In this document: one piece after another, positions 27,801-41,125 of the stretch
How positions within the stretch are numbered: position 1 is the stretch's first letter
Layout of the letters: each line of letters starts with the position of its first letter
Origin: Takakia lepidozioides
Taxonomy: Eukaryota; Plantae; Bryophyta
Assembly (NCBI GenBank): GCA_030704615.1
Contig: CM060732.1
Span: forward strand, 56,668,001 to 56,732,000
Length of the DNA: 64,000 nt
Reading direction: 5' to 3'
The notes under the pieces: model-generated
Told to the model about the DNA's origin: nothing
The model's input: the letters and a program-made list of their open reading frames with translations, nothing else
The model's database searches: none
Translations under genes and position numbers: made by a program

Positions 27801-28619
27801 TGAGGAGCCCGAAGCGCCTGACGAGGATCTCGACGTGGACTCCGATTTTGAGTGTGAGTAAGTTCGGCTCTAGTCGTGCAAAATATGTTGCATTTCATTG
27901 TGTCATTCCCGTTCGACAGATGGTTGCTTACATTGTCTATTTCTGGATGATAACATCTACCACCATTCCTCTTCTAGCTTTCCAGAGTTCGGCAGGCGTC
28001 ATCGAATACGCATACACCTTTCGGTTTCCAAGGATACTACATGTCCCCGAGTCCCCCTAGAGCTTACCGCTTGCCGGTTTACGCGGAAGCTTGCGCACGG
28101 GTGTTGTCCCAACAAACAATGTATTCGCCTCTCCATGGGGGTCGCGGAGAAAAAAAACGTCAAGGAGGGGTTGTTGTGTTCATAGATGATATTGCTGCAG
28201 ACTCTGGAAGTAGTTCATCTGAAACCTCCAATAGTTCTCGAGGTTCAAGTACCGAAACTTAATAAAATGTATTTTGGTTTTGCTTCCATCCCCAAACTGT
28301 TTTTCAAGATCTTCGCACGTTCCCGTAAGTACAGTTAGGGATTGCCTGGGGTAGGTCTTCAGATTCCAGCATTTGTGGGTTGGAATGAATGAACTACTTT
28401 GCAAAAAAAATGGTTTGCTGTTAATATTCAATTCTCTAGCGGGCGATCTCCTCATTCAAAAATCATGTCCTCGATCCTAAACCATCCACAAACCTACCAT
28501 TGTTCTCGGTCGGAAAGAATATTCATGTGGGGGCGATGAAAGGGACATAGGCGACAACTATTCCGCGGTAATAGGGGGGGGGGGCACGGAATTAGGACCT
28601 GCACACGTGGATGATTGCT

Positions 28620-28678
28620 GACGTGGCGTGAGCCTAGCCAGGCTCACAGGCTCACAAGCTCACGCGCAAGCATTCCCC
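28620..28678 (+). repeat. Right terminus (TIR-like) of the family-A element with GCTCAC subterminal repeats
   Basis: GTGAGCCT-AGCC-AGGCTCAC hairpin, then GCTCACGCGCAAGCATTCCCC. Its reverse complement aligns with the element-B TIR. No left end was identified. Confidence 0.7.
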
Positions 28679-29532
28679 TTAAAACTGAATTCCCAAGGAT
28701 CAATGACGAGTATGTTGGCAGGTAGGGAAGCCTGCAATAAGCTGATGATCCAAGTGCAACCTTGTCCTTCATCATGGTAGTCTCCCACAACCATGGCTCA
28801 AATTGGTTACTGATTTCTCTTTATGGAACATTCTGTAAATTCTTCAAATATGCTTCTAGGGCAGTTTTTTCCATTGCCATCTTAACAAGTTTACAGTATA
28901 CTATCATTGAAGGCCAAGCATTGTTGTGTAGCACACAACATATACTATTCTATGTGCAGGCTTGGGATGGTAGTATCAAAGACTGCCGCATCAACTTGAG
29001 TATGGGGGTCACAGTGCTTCTAATGGGCAACTTGTGGTGCTCAGAGCTTTGGTCAACATGGGAGGGAGCTAGTGACATCGGAGGTGGCACTCCGGTTGTT
29101 GAGCATGTTGGGCGGTGAATTTTGCTACTGTGTCCATGTTTCATCTTCTTCCTCGGACTGTTATGAAGGTGCCTTTCTTGCTCATCTATTGCCTCTGAGT
29201 ATTCACTTAGAACAGACTACTGCAGGCATTGGATTGAAATGGAACTTCTTCAGTAGTATCCCAAACACTTTCTTACTTGTGAACATAGAATCATTGCCTA
29301 CATTATATTTAAGGGCACTGAAAAGCTGGATCTGTCACCACGAACCATCAGACGGGTTTCACTCTATAGTCACTTCCAGTGTCTTTTGCACTTGTTCAAG
29401 TATGGCATCAGCTTGTGGCGGTGATTAGTTGCCAACAAACCCTACAGACTCAAAGCTTTTGAACTACTCCAAATGCGGAGCTATCAACTTCGCTCACCAA
29501 AGGGAATTGATAGCACATCAGAAAAGTATAGC

Positions 29533-32495
29533 ATGTCGTTCCAATGAGCTGAGAGAGAAGAGGCCAGCTCCTCTACCCCATGATGTTCAATAACTTGGGA
29601 AGAGGCCAGCTCCTCTATCCCATGTTGACCCTCCTCCCGAGGACCCTCCTTGCATAGAGCTTGACTTTTGGTCACCGCCCATTGAGGAAGAAACCAACCC
29701 CCATTATGATTCTACATTCGCACTTGTGTATTGGATTCGGAATTGCAGAAACAAAACAGGGTTGTGAACAAGAGATATAAATCTTCTTTTCAGCAAGGTT
29801 TTGTTTCATCCTTCGTTCAACTTGCAAGAAATTACTATGACGTCTGCAGCTGATGTAGAAAGTATGAGGGGACGCTATTCAAAAAAGAAGATGGCTGGTT
29901 TGAGCACGTGCCACGTAGTTTACATTGGGAGATGTTGGTCGAGTTATACACTATCGGGAACCTATTGAGGTGTTGGCATCTCTTTTTTCATCTCCAGAAG
30001 TCGCAGAGGGTTTCCAAATGGTTCCAAGCATGGAACTGAATGAAGCCGGCACCAAATTTTCCACCCCAAACATTGCGATGTGGTGCAATGCCATACAAGT
30101 ATGTTCATTTGCATTATTGCTAGTTTGGATTTGCACACGCAGGATGTTTTTGTTTGTAGTGTGTGCATGTTTTTTTTTAATGGGTTTATAGTGGATAGTG
30201 TAAGCTAATTCAGTTTCGTGTTTTATTTGTTGTTGATGCAGCGCCACATAAAATGTCCTGGAGGAGTAATAGCTCCATTGATCCTCTACAACGATCAAAC
30301 AACCATCTCCAATGATGGAAGGGTGGCTGGTTATTCTTTAGTGATGACAATTGCGAATATTGCCTGCGAAGATAGAGCTTTGAATGAAGGGCATTTGTTG
30401 CTTGTTGTTTTACCTGTTTTATCATCAAGTGATGCATCACATGAACGAAGGTTACAAATCTTTCATGAGTGTCTTGGACACATCTTGGAACCATTGAAGA
30501 AGCCTAGTTACAGGTTGGAAACCTTTCCAAACACCAATTGACTCTTTTGGCTCAAAAATATGAAGAGAATTTAGAAAGGATTTGAAAAACCTTGGATTAC
30601 ACTAAGATTGATTTTATTTTGTTTGTTGGTTGCAACGGTTTGCCTTTGTTGGACCCTTTCGGTGAAGAGCAGTGGGTATTTCCACTTCTGTATGCGTATG
30701 TTTGTGATCATCCAGAGGGATGCAAGGTGAAATCCCATCAAGCCAAAATCCTACTTTGTATGAATTTGTTGCTGGAATTATGTTTTAATTTATTTTTTGT
30801 TCTTCCTTTTGCAGGTTACTGCCACATACGACACAAACCAATGTCAATTTTCTTGCAGCATGTGTCTATGCCCAAAAGACAAACTGAGAGAAACTGGAGA
30901 GAAGTTTCTTTATCGAACAGAAGCCAACATGAAAAGCTCAGATGCTCACATCCTCAAGGAGGGTGGCAAATGAGCTCTCCAAAAAACATTCTTTGCATCC
31001 TGTGAAGGTACATTTTTGGAGACCAATTATCTTATTTGTTATTATGTTGATTGACTCATTATATATTTATGTAGAGATTCTTTTTGTGTTTGGAATGAAA
31101 TGTCTAATGCTCAAATGTGGTGAATGTAAATGCAATCTATACGGAATGTTGGTAGTGTGCTCTTTGGGACTTCAATGGCGGCGACACGGATCTTGGAAAT
31201 CCTTATAGGGCAGTCAAGTGGATATGCTTCACCAATCTGATTTGGGTGTATTCAAGGTGGACATCTTGAGGAGTATTGCAATAGACTCCCCATGTACATT
31301 CTCTAAATTTTTCCAGAGCCATGAACGCCTTCAAGACAACCTTTTCTACGTGGCAAAGATCTGATTTCAATCTCGTCAAAATCCATGCCATGTCACACTA
31401 TTCTGACGCCATAAAAAGGTATGAAGCTCCCTTCGAATATAGCTCAAATATGTATGAGCACTTACATATTGTGCTCATGAAAGCTACATATAGAGCGAGT
31501 AATCGGAGAGATTTCTCAAGTTATATTGTTAAACACAACTGGCGTCTTCAAAGTTCAAGTTCTTCGAAAGGCTGCCAATCAGTTGGAAGGATTCAGCCCC
31601 CCACTTGAAAGGGTTAACACAGCACTAGATTTGGTAAGTGTGAATGATTGTATGACATTTTGTTTTTGAAGCTAGTATGGTTGTTGCATTTTTCTGAAGC
31701 AACATATATCATAATGCTAATACACATCATAACTTTTGAAATGGGATCTTGCAGGCAGTGGAGAATGGGAAGAATATCTTGTCGGAAGTGCAAACCAATT
31801 TACGGACAAGTTGGTTGCATCAAACGTGTTACAAGGCCATCTTTATTATCCAAAGCATGTGCAAAAGGTACTTTTCTTGCAACCTAAAGTTGGGAGGGAG
31901 CTGCCAAATGCTCTAGACAAGCACACATCAGAAATGGGTTTCATGGGTGGTGGAGAGGTAAGAAATTTTGTTCATCAACTTGCTAATTCGTGAAATTGCA
32001 AAACAAAGGTGAGATGTTTCTAGCAAACTCAAGTCTAATCATATTTGTTATAAAATGCAGGTACTCGATTCAGCTCTTTGGCAATACCCTCGGGACCAAG
32101 TGATCAATTTGGGGACTGGCCAATGTACGCTCGGGCAACCCCTAATTTCCATGGTCGAGCATGGTACAGCTCTTTGGCAATCCAAATGAAAGGAGCGGGT
32201 GAGAATGAAAGAACAATCTTTGGCAAGCATGTTTGTTCTTTCAGACAACATTCCTAAGTGTCAACAACGTCAAGATCATCAAGGAATTGGCGTTTCTTCG
32301 AATGTACTCTTTGTTTCTCCCAATAGAGTCAATGCATTGGTGGAGTGCGTAGAGTTGACATGACCGCAAGCACCACAAGCTCCAAACAACATTGCATATG
32401 TTGTGATTGAAACGAGCTTCATCCTTCGGGCTGTGCATGTGATTCCTAACTTTCTCAATGATGGCTTTTTTTTTGTGAATTCATTCAAGTTTTAG
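29533..32495 (+). pseudogene. Plavaka-type transposase, intron-containing and disrupted
   Basis: YREPIEVL..LF, PLILYNDQT, MTIANI, FHECL..ILEPL, PLLYAYVCDHPE, KIHAMSHY.DAIKRY...SSNMYEHLHI..MK..YRASNRR and RAVHVIP.F...FFVN match the motif series I recall for Plavaka transposases. Stops and frameshifts present; start approximate. Confidence 0.8.
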
Positions 32496-32814
32496 GTGGC
32501 CTTCACCATAGAACAGTCAAAATATTGGTGAAGACTGCTTTTTCTGCGATGTGGCGTTGTTGGACCTAATAAAAAGGTCTCTTGAGATAAAGTCTCTAGA
32601 GATAAACCTAGACTCTGCAGGTAGTTTAGGGGAAGAATTCCACCTTACTGGACCCTTATATCTTCAACTGCCACTAGTTCACAATGCTATTGTTGTTTGG
32701 CATAGAAAGTGGGACATTCAGACCAGCATTTGAAGACCTTTTGCTGCTGTGTATTTGGAATTTACTTCTTCGTCGCAGATGTGTGTTTTTCTCTTGTTAC
32801 CCCGTCCTCTCCTT

Positions 32815-33700
32815 CCACAACAGATTTAGTTTCCTGGAATCAGATTTGTCAACCAAAATATGTCGGTGGATTTGGAATTTTGGACCTTGCAACTCAAGTG
32901 AAAGCTCTACTGGCAAAGTGGGTGCCGAGATTGCTTTTAAATATTCAACCCCTTGGGCTCTACTGCTTAGAATGCACTTGGCAACACCAACTCCCAACCC
33001 CAGATTTTCGTGGTGTAATTCTCTTTGTTGGGTCATGGGATGGAATGCCCGAGCTCGCACTGGTTTTTGGGCATGGGATTCGGTGTTTTTTCTTTTGAAG
33101 ACATAGGCAGGCTAAACTGGAGGTATGCTGACAGGCATATTGTGTCCCCAAAGCCATTTTTTGGCCTATTTGATGAGCAAAACTTGTTTTAATCCTTACA
33201 AAGAGAGACAAAGAAATTCAAGAGAGTTTTAAACATGGCAAATACAAATGTACCAGTTTTGTTTGCCACCGATGCATACAAGATGCCTAGGAAGGATCTA
33301 CTCCCACAAACTTGGCTTCTATGATTATAGAGCTTCTGGAATTGCCTTCAGCATTGGATTAACAAAGTAGATGATGGTTGCATGTATCACAGTGGTTTTG
33401 ATGGGTTGAATCTTTGCTTTTGCAGGACAATTGAAGGAATTTGGTGTGCTAACAACTCTCCTATGAAATCCCTCATCCCTGCTCTCTTTATTAGTGCAAG
33501 AGTATTGGAATTGGTCCAAAAGCACACATGATATGGCTACTCTGACTGGGGCTCCTTAACCCAATGTTCTTGAATCAACCTCACTCTAGCTTCACCCGAT
33601 TATATTAGTAGAGCGTCTCCTCTTATTGCCTAGATAGATATTTGCAGTCCTCTCCAATACATTTGGGCATGGCTTTCAACTTGTTCTATGTGGTTACAAT
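32815..33700 (+). mobile_element. L1-like LINE fragment (post-RT region), degenerate
   Basis: LVSWNQICQPKYVGGFGILDLATQVKALLAKW matches the plant LINE ORF2 motif VxWxxxCxPKxxGGLG..DL....ALLAKW. Right boundary approximate. Confidence 0.7.
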
Positions 33701-34593
33701 ATATCCCCAGCAAAAAGAACATATATTGAAAACTCTAGATTTAATTGTTCATGAATAAACAAATGGATAGTAATATAGATGGCTATGCAGATGTGTTATG
33801 AATTGTTGAAAAGGTTTGTATGAATGGAGTGTATGATTTAGGCAGGGGCTCTATCTGAAGCACCGCAATAAGAAATATAAGAAATGGTTGTGCATTATAT
33901 ACAAACAAATGTAAATGTGGTAAGCAACAAATCAGATTAGTGCAAGACTCCAACCGAAGTCCAAAACCCACCTGAAGTTGTACTTCAGGCCGGATGAACG
34001 CTAATGGAAGGATTGGAGGAGGGGCAAAGGAGGCAAAGACATTGAGCACGGAGATTCAGCCTTTGCCAGATAAGCATACATAATATCATGAAACATTATT
34101 ATAAGACTATCTCTTCATCATATAAAAATGGCAGGGCTTAAGTTTATGACTCACCTTGTTTTTGTTGTTTTGCTATTGTTTTTATTTATTTATTTATTTT
34201 AATTCATTGTAGATTCAGCGTTGATTCATCTATGGCTTGCTTCGACGTTGAATCAATGTGGACATATCTTAATAAATTATAACAACATTGATTTTGCATA
34301 GAATTAGCATTAATTCATTATTAGTTGTTACAAGACATTTACAATTTCAAGTCAAGTGTTAGATTGAATTTGCGTTGTTTCAATATTGAATTGAATGTTT
34401 CATTGATGAAATGTGGGATCAATGTTGAAAAAGTGTTGAGTTTTCAACTTCAATACTATTTTTGCATTAAATCATCAATCTTGAATGTGCATACATTTCA
34501 ATGTCAATATAATAAATATTTTATTTTGTTTTTTAAAAGGATTGAGACTATGCCGATTCAACTTTGAATAGAATAGTAGGTACTTTTGTGATG

Positions 34594-35128
34594 CAAGGCC
34601 TCCTAAAAAGCAAAAAAATGGAACAAGTACCATAAGAAAATTATATGTTAGCTCAAGTATCAGCTGGATTAGAATTAGATTCAATTTCCACCGGCTCCAA
34701 TTATTAGGAAAAAGCTCAAAGAACCGATGGTTTTCATCATAGATTCGGTGTCTTTTTTTTTAACTTTCGTTGCCGCCCTCCCGCTCACACTTGACGCCAA
34801 ATGGCAGCTTCTCCCATATGCAGGTTTCTGTGGCTAAACATGCGTACCTTGTTTCGCCGATGCGCAGATCTGGCTCGCCAAAAATCGTCTACCAGCACCA
34901 TACGCGCCACCGTCCTGTTGTACATTTATTACCAACACACGGAAAGTACAAAAGTACAACGCTATAGCTACACGCTATTAGCCATATGACTCGGCATATA
35001 CTCATGTCATTCATGCGTCCGATCGGATGAACCTTGCAGAATGTAGTGTGGAACGATCCGACCAGCTTGGAAGCAGGGGCGAGAGGCGGAATTGATCCCT
35101 ATAGACTGAAAGTAGTGGTGGTTTTTTC
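34594..35128 (+). repeat. Dispersed repeat, copy 2 (copy 1 at 18775-19330)
   Basis: Direct, diverged copy. Confidence 0.85.
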
Positions 35129-35829
35129 ACAGGCCGGCCTACCTTTTTTGTGACAAAATAATTTTATTTTTTATTTTCATTGTGATAGGTTAGACAACTT
35201 TGAGTGACAAGTTGACAAATTTTTGCCTCTCATTTTTGAATAATTGGGAGTTTATGTCACGCGTGTGGGATAGGGCGCGCACGGACGCGGGGTCGCCCTC
35301 CCCCGCCCTGCCTACCCCACCTGCCAGCCGCCCGCGGCCCTGCCCGCACGCCGCCCAGCCCGCACCCGGACCGCGGCCCCGCCCGCCCGCCCTCGCCGCT
35401 GGTCCGCCCGCCATCGGGCCCCCAGTGGGTCTGCCCTTGTTGGGGTCTGCCCAAGCTCGGTCTGCGAGGTCTGCCCACAGACCACCCCAGACCGGCACAA
35501 CAGACCCAGACGCACCCCAGATGATGTGCCGCCCATCTCACCGTGATGCTGCGCTGCTATCGTAGCCGCCCGGATTTAGGGCATGGCAGCCGCCGCCAAT
35601 CATGGGCGAAGACTGTTTCATCGATCTTTTCCTCCCTCTGGTCTGTTCATGCCAACGCGCTTCCGTCCTGCCAAGAACGTGCGTGTTGTCGTCCTTCGCT
35701 TCCACTTTTCCAGGTCGTATTGCAGGTGCTTTCGAGGGCGCGAAGGGGTACTGCAGTGTATATGGCAGCGGCCGTCGATGCCCAACTAGAAAGCTTTCTT
35801 ATACGTCCACTGCGACAATGTCTTCAAAC

Positions 35830-36255
35830 ACCAAAAGATGGGCCATTTTCCTGCAAAGACCTTTACTGGAAGAACGAGAGTCGCTCTGGATACATGGGCT
35901 CTCAAGTGTGGGTCCGCACGATCTGTATTCCCTAGCAGACAGTGCCCGACTTTGTACTTGGAGAGGAGAGTAGAGACGGGTGTTCCACCCAATTTTACAT
36001 AAATGTGCATGTTAACACGAAGCCCGGACCGCAAAGAGCTCCAAGTACTAACACATATCTAACCTCTGTCATGTCTGCACCATATTCCCGCACTGCCTCT
36101 TTGTTCATGCCCTGTGCTTGTGCTTGCCGGACATGTGCATGATATGTAGATAGGGTTTAGGCTATCTTACATGCTTGCAGAAACTCATGGTGTCGATGAC
36201 ATACTCCGGTGTCGATGACATACGACCCTATCCAGGTATCAGTGTTGCTATGGAC
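35830..36255 (+). pseudogene. 5' part of host MULE/SWIM transposase (element D), interrupted by element B
   Basis: RTICIP*QTVPDFVLGEE...TQF, and an exon from 36236 reading YQCCYG. It continues as PEDKR after the duplicated target at 50829. Confidence 0.75.
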
Positions 36256-37099
36256 GAGGTTTACTATTTCATGAGCAGAAACCATGAGCCATGAGCCATG
36301 AGCCGCATGAGCCGCATGAGCGGTGAGCCGAAGTCTAAGATACGCGGATTTCATGAGCGGACTCCTCCAAATTTGGAAATGCGGCAGATTAAACAAGTAT
36401 TAAAATAATAGTTTTTTATTTGACCTTGCCGTTTTTGGACGTTCCAGATCATGTAATGCGGCGAAGATATGTCGTCAGTAACAAGTCCGCTCATGGTTTT
36501 TAGATCCGCTCATGGAAATAAGTGACCGTGCAACGGGAAATCCAGTATACCACTGCAAAAGGACGTCGCATACTGGCCTGTATAGAGTATTCCGCGGTTT
36601 TACATGCCTTAACATTGGAATGAAACTGACCCTTTTGCCGCGATTGAACCAATGGAGTCTGCACCAATACAGTCTGCAGTACTTCACAATTCTGTCTTCT
36701 TCGGGTATTCGGCGGGAAAGGTTTGCAACTGAACTGGGAAATAGGTGCCGCATTAGGGTTCGCACGTGCGAAATTTCGGAGCGGTTTGGTGTTGGCGAAG
36801 GCCGCCTCTGGGGTACCTACGACGATACTTGGAAATGCGGCGCCGCATTTCCTTGTCGGAGGTCGAATGAGGAAAGCAAGTTTTCGGAAAGCAGAAAAAC
36901 ATGAACCCTCCAACATACAAAAATACATGCACGTGGAAACAAGTGAACGATATAGTAATATCTTAGTTCGATCAAACAGGTTACTGGTAGGCAAGACATA
37001 TGTCGGACCTTTGTGTGGCCAGAGTCTGAGGTACTGGCAGCAGTACAGTTCTACTATCCGATGGGCGTACCATTGTATGTGGACCGCAAGCCAAGCTCA

Positions 37100-40000
37100 C
37101 TGGTCCCCTGGATCCATATTCAGAAAGAGTGTGAACCTCCTGGGGGCTCAACCCTGGTGCATGTATGAAGTGATGAGTTGTGGAATTACAACGGAGTCTC
37201 TTTAGGTACACGTAGTACAAATGCTTGCAAGGGCAGTATGATGCCCCCTTGTTCGCCATGATCTGGAAGTCGGTGCAATTGCAGGTGGGTAATTCTGAAA
37301 TGGTGATGGTGTACACCTCATTGCGAACAGCTGAGCCCGCCGTGGCCATCTGATACACACGCCCGAATCCTGGTGGGGGCACTTCTGTCGAGCTCTGGAT
37401 TGTACAGTTCATCCGAAGTGCATTCCCCATCCTTGTCTCGTTCACTTTTGAGGGAGGTCGCCGCCTCTTCGGTTTCCCCCAACGGTGTGTAGGATGCTTA
37501 GAGCTGTCGTGTCCCATTGTTCTTGCTCTCACAGGGGTCGGTGGTGGAGGCTGTGGAAGCGGAAATGGTTGTCTGGGACGTCAGTGCGCTGCACCATCCG
37601 AAATCCTGCGGCGGTAAAGGGCGTCGGCCTCAACCTGACTCAGATCGCAGCCTGGTTCCACCGGCCACACCGGGGGAGCCTCTGGCATTGTTGTATGCCG
37701 TACTTGGGCTTTCCATACACGCAAGTCATAATGTCGTGCCTGCAGAACCAGAACTGGGTGGGTCGCCTCCGCAAACTTTGCATGGACAAATCTTCCTGTA
37801 AAAGTAGGAGCAGGGACAGCCCCATCTGGATTCCTCCTTATCATCTCTAAACAACGTTGCCGTGTATCCACACGAATTGCGGAACACCTTCCTCGAAACG
37901 ACGGCTTTGTGCGAGCAATTCTCCACTGTGAGGCAGACACAGTCGTCTCCACAATGGCTTGGCCATACTGCATAACAGCGGGCGGAATGTGGGGCAAGGG
38001 AGCGGTGGGAATTTGTTGCACGAAATCCCCGGTTGAAGGCGACGGCGATCTGGAATTTCTTGGGCTTCCACTGCTGGAAGACACATTGTGCGGCAACATG
38101 ACGGGACCTCGAGGTGCTGTCCCGGTTCCTGTCGGATCTCCAGGAATCCTCTTCGCACCCGGGTTCCTCTTCAATCCTCCGCCTGACAGGGCGAGTCCGG
38201 ACGTCCCCCTCTAGGTGTTCACCTCTGCGGTGCAGAGGCGTCCCTTTGATCTTCTCTCGCAATGCTGTCGCCCATTTCACTGGATTCTTGGACCTCGAAG
38301 CTGTTCGTACCAACAATTCCTCCCTGTCCGGCCCAAAGCCCCATTGTTTGCCGCTCAGGAACTTGTAGTACGTGGCTTGCTGCATGATTGCTCTGTCGAT
38401 GTCCTCCGTTGTGGCCGTCACTACGTCCACCAGATGTGCGGCAGAAGACGCTCGCCAGGAGGAGTGGACCGATTCTGCCATATTCGTGTTCGGCATGTCC
38501 GTGTCGGAATCCAAGCACCGCTCCTAGAAGGACACAAACAATGGTGAGGGACCAATCGAAATGTCCGTAACAGAAAGACAAATGAACGAAATTGACAGCA
38601 GCCTACCTCCCGCATGTACTGTCCGAACTGTCGATACCGAAAATGCCACCACCCCAACCAGCTGTGCAATGCTCCCAGATTGGTTGTCTCCACTGCACCT
38701 GACGTGTTCCACCAAGCCTCGATGATAGCAAACTTAACCTCCGCGTCATCAAATGTGGGTGCATCCTTCCACGCCGTACAAAGGACACGGTGTTCAGCCT
38801 GGAATGAGCTAGCAACAAATTTGGTAGTGTAGTGGGATAGACTCTGCATCCAATGGAATCCACAGGATCTCTCTTTCCCCTCCATTGGAACATTGGGGTC
38901 CTCACCGTACACACGCCGCACCGCTGCCCAGTTGGCCTGAGCGTTGTCTGCCATGAATCCCCTGAAATTGGGCTCTGGCAATCCCGCCCTTGCCATCTGC
39001 TCGTTTATGCCCTCCCACAGATGCATCTCGGACTGTGTGTCCTCCCCTTTCATCTCGCAGATTGCAATCGTCATGAGCCTCTTGGAGTGATAGTCATAAA
39101 CATGCGCACCCATAGTCACCCACTGATGGTTTGTAATTCGCTTGATGTGATCAAACATCACCCAAGCATTCGACAAGTTTCCAGTTGTCATGCGAGTGAC
39201 CAAGTCGACTCCACTCCCAGGCCCACACGTCGACATTTTGAAAATGTAACAACGATCGGATTCGCTGCCTTGCCCTGGAAACCTGCTACCTTGGATGTAG
39301 TCATATCCAGTCATTCGTTTCACCTCCAGGATTGAGTACATGTCCGACCCCCTGCCGAACTCCTGCTTGCAAGATACGATGTGATTCCGCACATTCGGAC
39401 TACAAACGTGCGAGACGGACTCCAAGAGGTCACGCATCTCGTCTTCGGTCAAGGGCTCTCGGTCGGAACCATCTTCAGACATGATTTGCCAAGAGCAATC
39501 TTGTGGGCTGCCTTCAGCTGAATCTGCTTTGGTCTGGCTCCGGGGCTCAATTTCACCTCCTCTTTTATGATGTCGTGTGCTTCCTGCACAGCCTCACGCA
39601 TGTTGCCTCTCGCCAAGGGGTGGCAGTGGACCCCAACGTGTATGCAAGCTCTAGTCAAGTCCGGGAGCAAATGGATTACGTAATATTGCTTGGCTCTGCA
39701 CATGGACATGCACGTCGGTGGTTCTTTGCAATGTGCACACTTGAAAGAACCCGCAGGAGCTTGGCTGGAGACAATGAATGGATGATGCGTTGTGCCAGTC
39801 CAATCCGTCTCGTTTCTCCGCCCTCCTTTGGAGAGAAAGTGGAAGCAGGTGGGATTGAGGCACCTCAGCTTCCCCGCACAGAGGACATATCGTACACGAA
39901 CACCATCAGCAATTTTCGTGCTACTGGTCTTCGTCACACACCAGGGGTGTCCGTCATGCTTTCGATCCATGTCTGTTAACATCCCGGAGGCTTTCTTTGA

Positions 40001-40698
40001 CGAAGAAACAGGTGGAAACTCGAAGATGACATTGCCATCGACTTCGGGGGCAGAAAAGTTACCTTTCTGACTGGGAATTTGGCATAGTCGAGAGCAGCCA
40101 GCTCGGAGCGAGAACCATCGAGGTGATGTTGTCGTAGGAGCTGCACAATGGACCGGGTTGGAGTTATGCTCGAGGGCACATGCGTAGCACCTACAGAGAC
40201 GTCCATGCCGGATTTGAACGACCGTGTGGAGGACATGGGTACCTCAATGCAATCATCTTCCTCGTCGGAAATGTCGAATACGTCCACACGAGAAGCTATG
40301 GAGGGTCTTGACGGTCCAGGTCGGGAATGATTATCGTTGCATACCTCTCTGTTGGCAGTGGCCGCCTCTCGGTTTCCGGACTCCTTTGTGGATGGTGTGG
40401 GCAGCGACTGATTCGGAAAGGGAATGGGCATTCCCACAGCTCGGTACAGGATGGTGTCTGACGGGGGAACGTGCCATTCGATTCCGCAACCTCCGTCGTT
40501 ACCTAGCACGACAATGGTCTCGTCAACCTGTCCAGGAACATCCTTCCTTTCTTCTTCCAAATAAACTGTGCCCGGTTTGAGCTTGAATTTGGAACAAAGG
40601 TAAGTTTCAGTCACTCTGCAAAGTCCTCCCTCGTTTGGGATCCAGGCTCTCCCAAGTTGCGGAGGACAGCAAACTATAGCGTAGGAATTCGGAGCCAT
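37100..40698 (-). pseudogene. Mutator-like transposase of element B (GCM/WRKY-like Zn domain, DDE core, SWIM finger), frameshifted
   Basis: DGHPW...CAGKLRCLNPTC...CAHC...C...HVGVHCHP (GCM-like). VMFDHIKR, FMADNAQAN, CGFHW and TNMAESVH fit D-D-CxxH-E. CNCTDF...CKHLYYV is SWIM-like. Intron at ~38524-38606 and several frame changes. Confidence 0.82.
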
Positions 40699-41125
40699 CG
40701 AACACCGCACGGAGTTGGCAAGTGCGAGGTTCAGTATAGCGACAGACCAAGGCTCACAGGCACCATCTAAGTGGATCTGCGGAGTCCATCGACGATTGGA
40801 AGTCGCACATTGAAGTGGAAAGTATTGTTTCAAGCTACATGCATGAAGGTGGGAGGTTTGATTCCATAGCCAGTGAGTATGACAATGATGGCCGATTCGG
40901 CGACGAAATAACATCTCCTGACAGTTTCTCCTGAGGGTGGATCCAGCAGTATTCTCGGTGCAGACAGGAACGTTCGCACTGACAAGTGCCAGGACTGCTG
41001 GTTAAAACGGTCAGACAACCAAGTTGTGCTCATCAAGACTGGCCGCAATTGTGTTGTTTCGGAACAATGCAACCCATTGAGGTTCCAGATTTCCCGTCCG
41101 AGTGATTCTTCGATTGCTGGTGGAC

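Noticed and set aside
18775-35128. LTR retrotransposon bounded by the 550-bp direct repeats
   Set aside because: No TG...CA ends, PBS, PPT or gag-pol, and the interior consists of unrelated DNA transposons.
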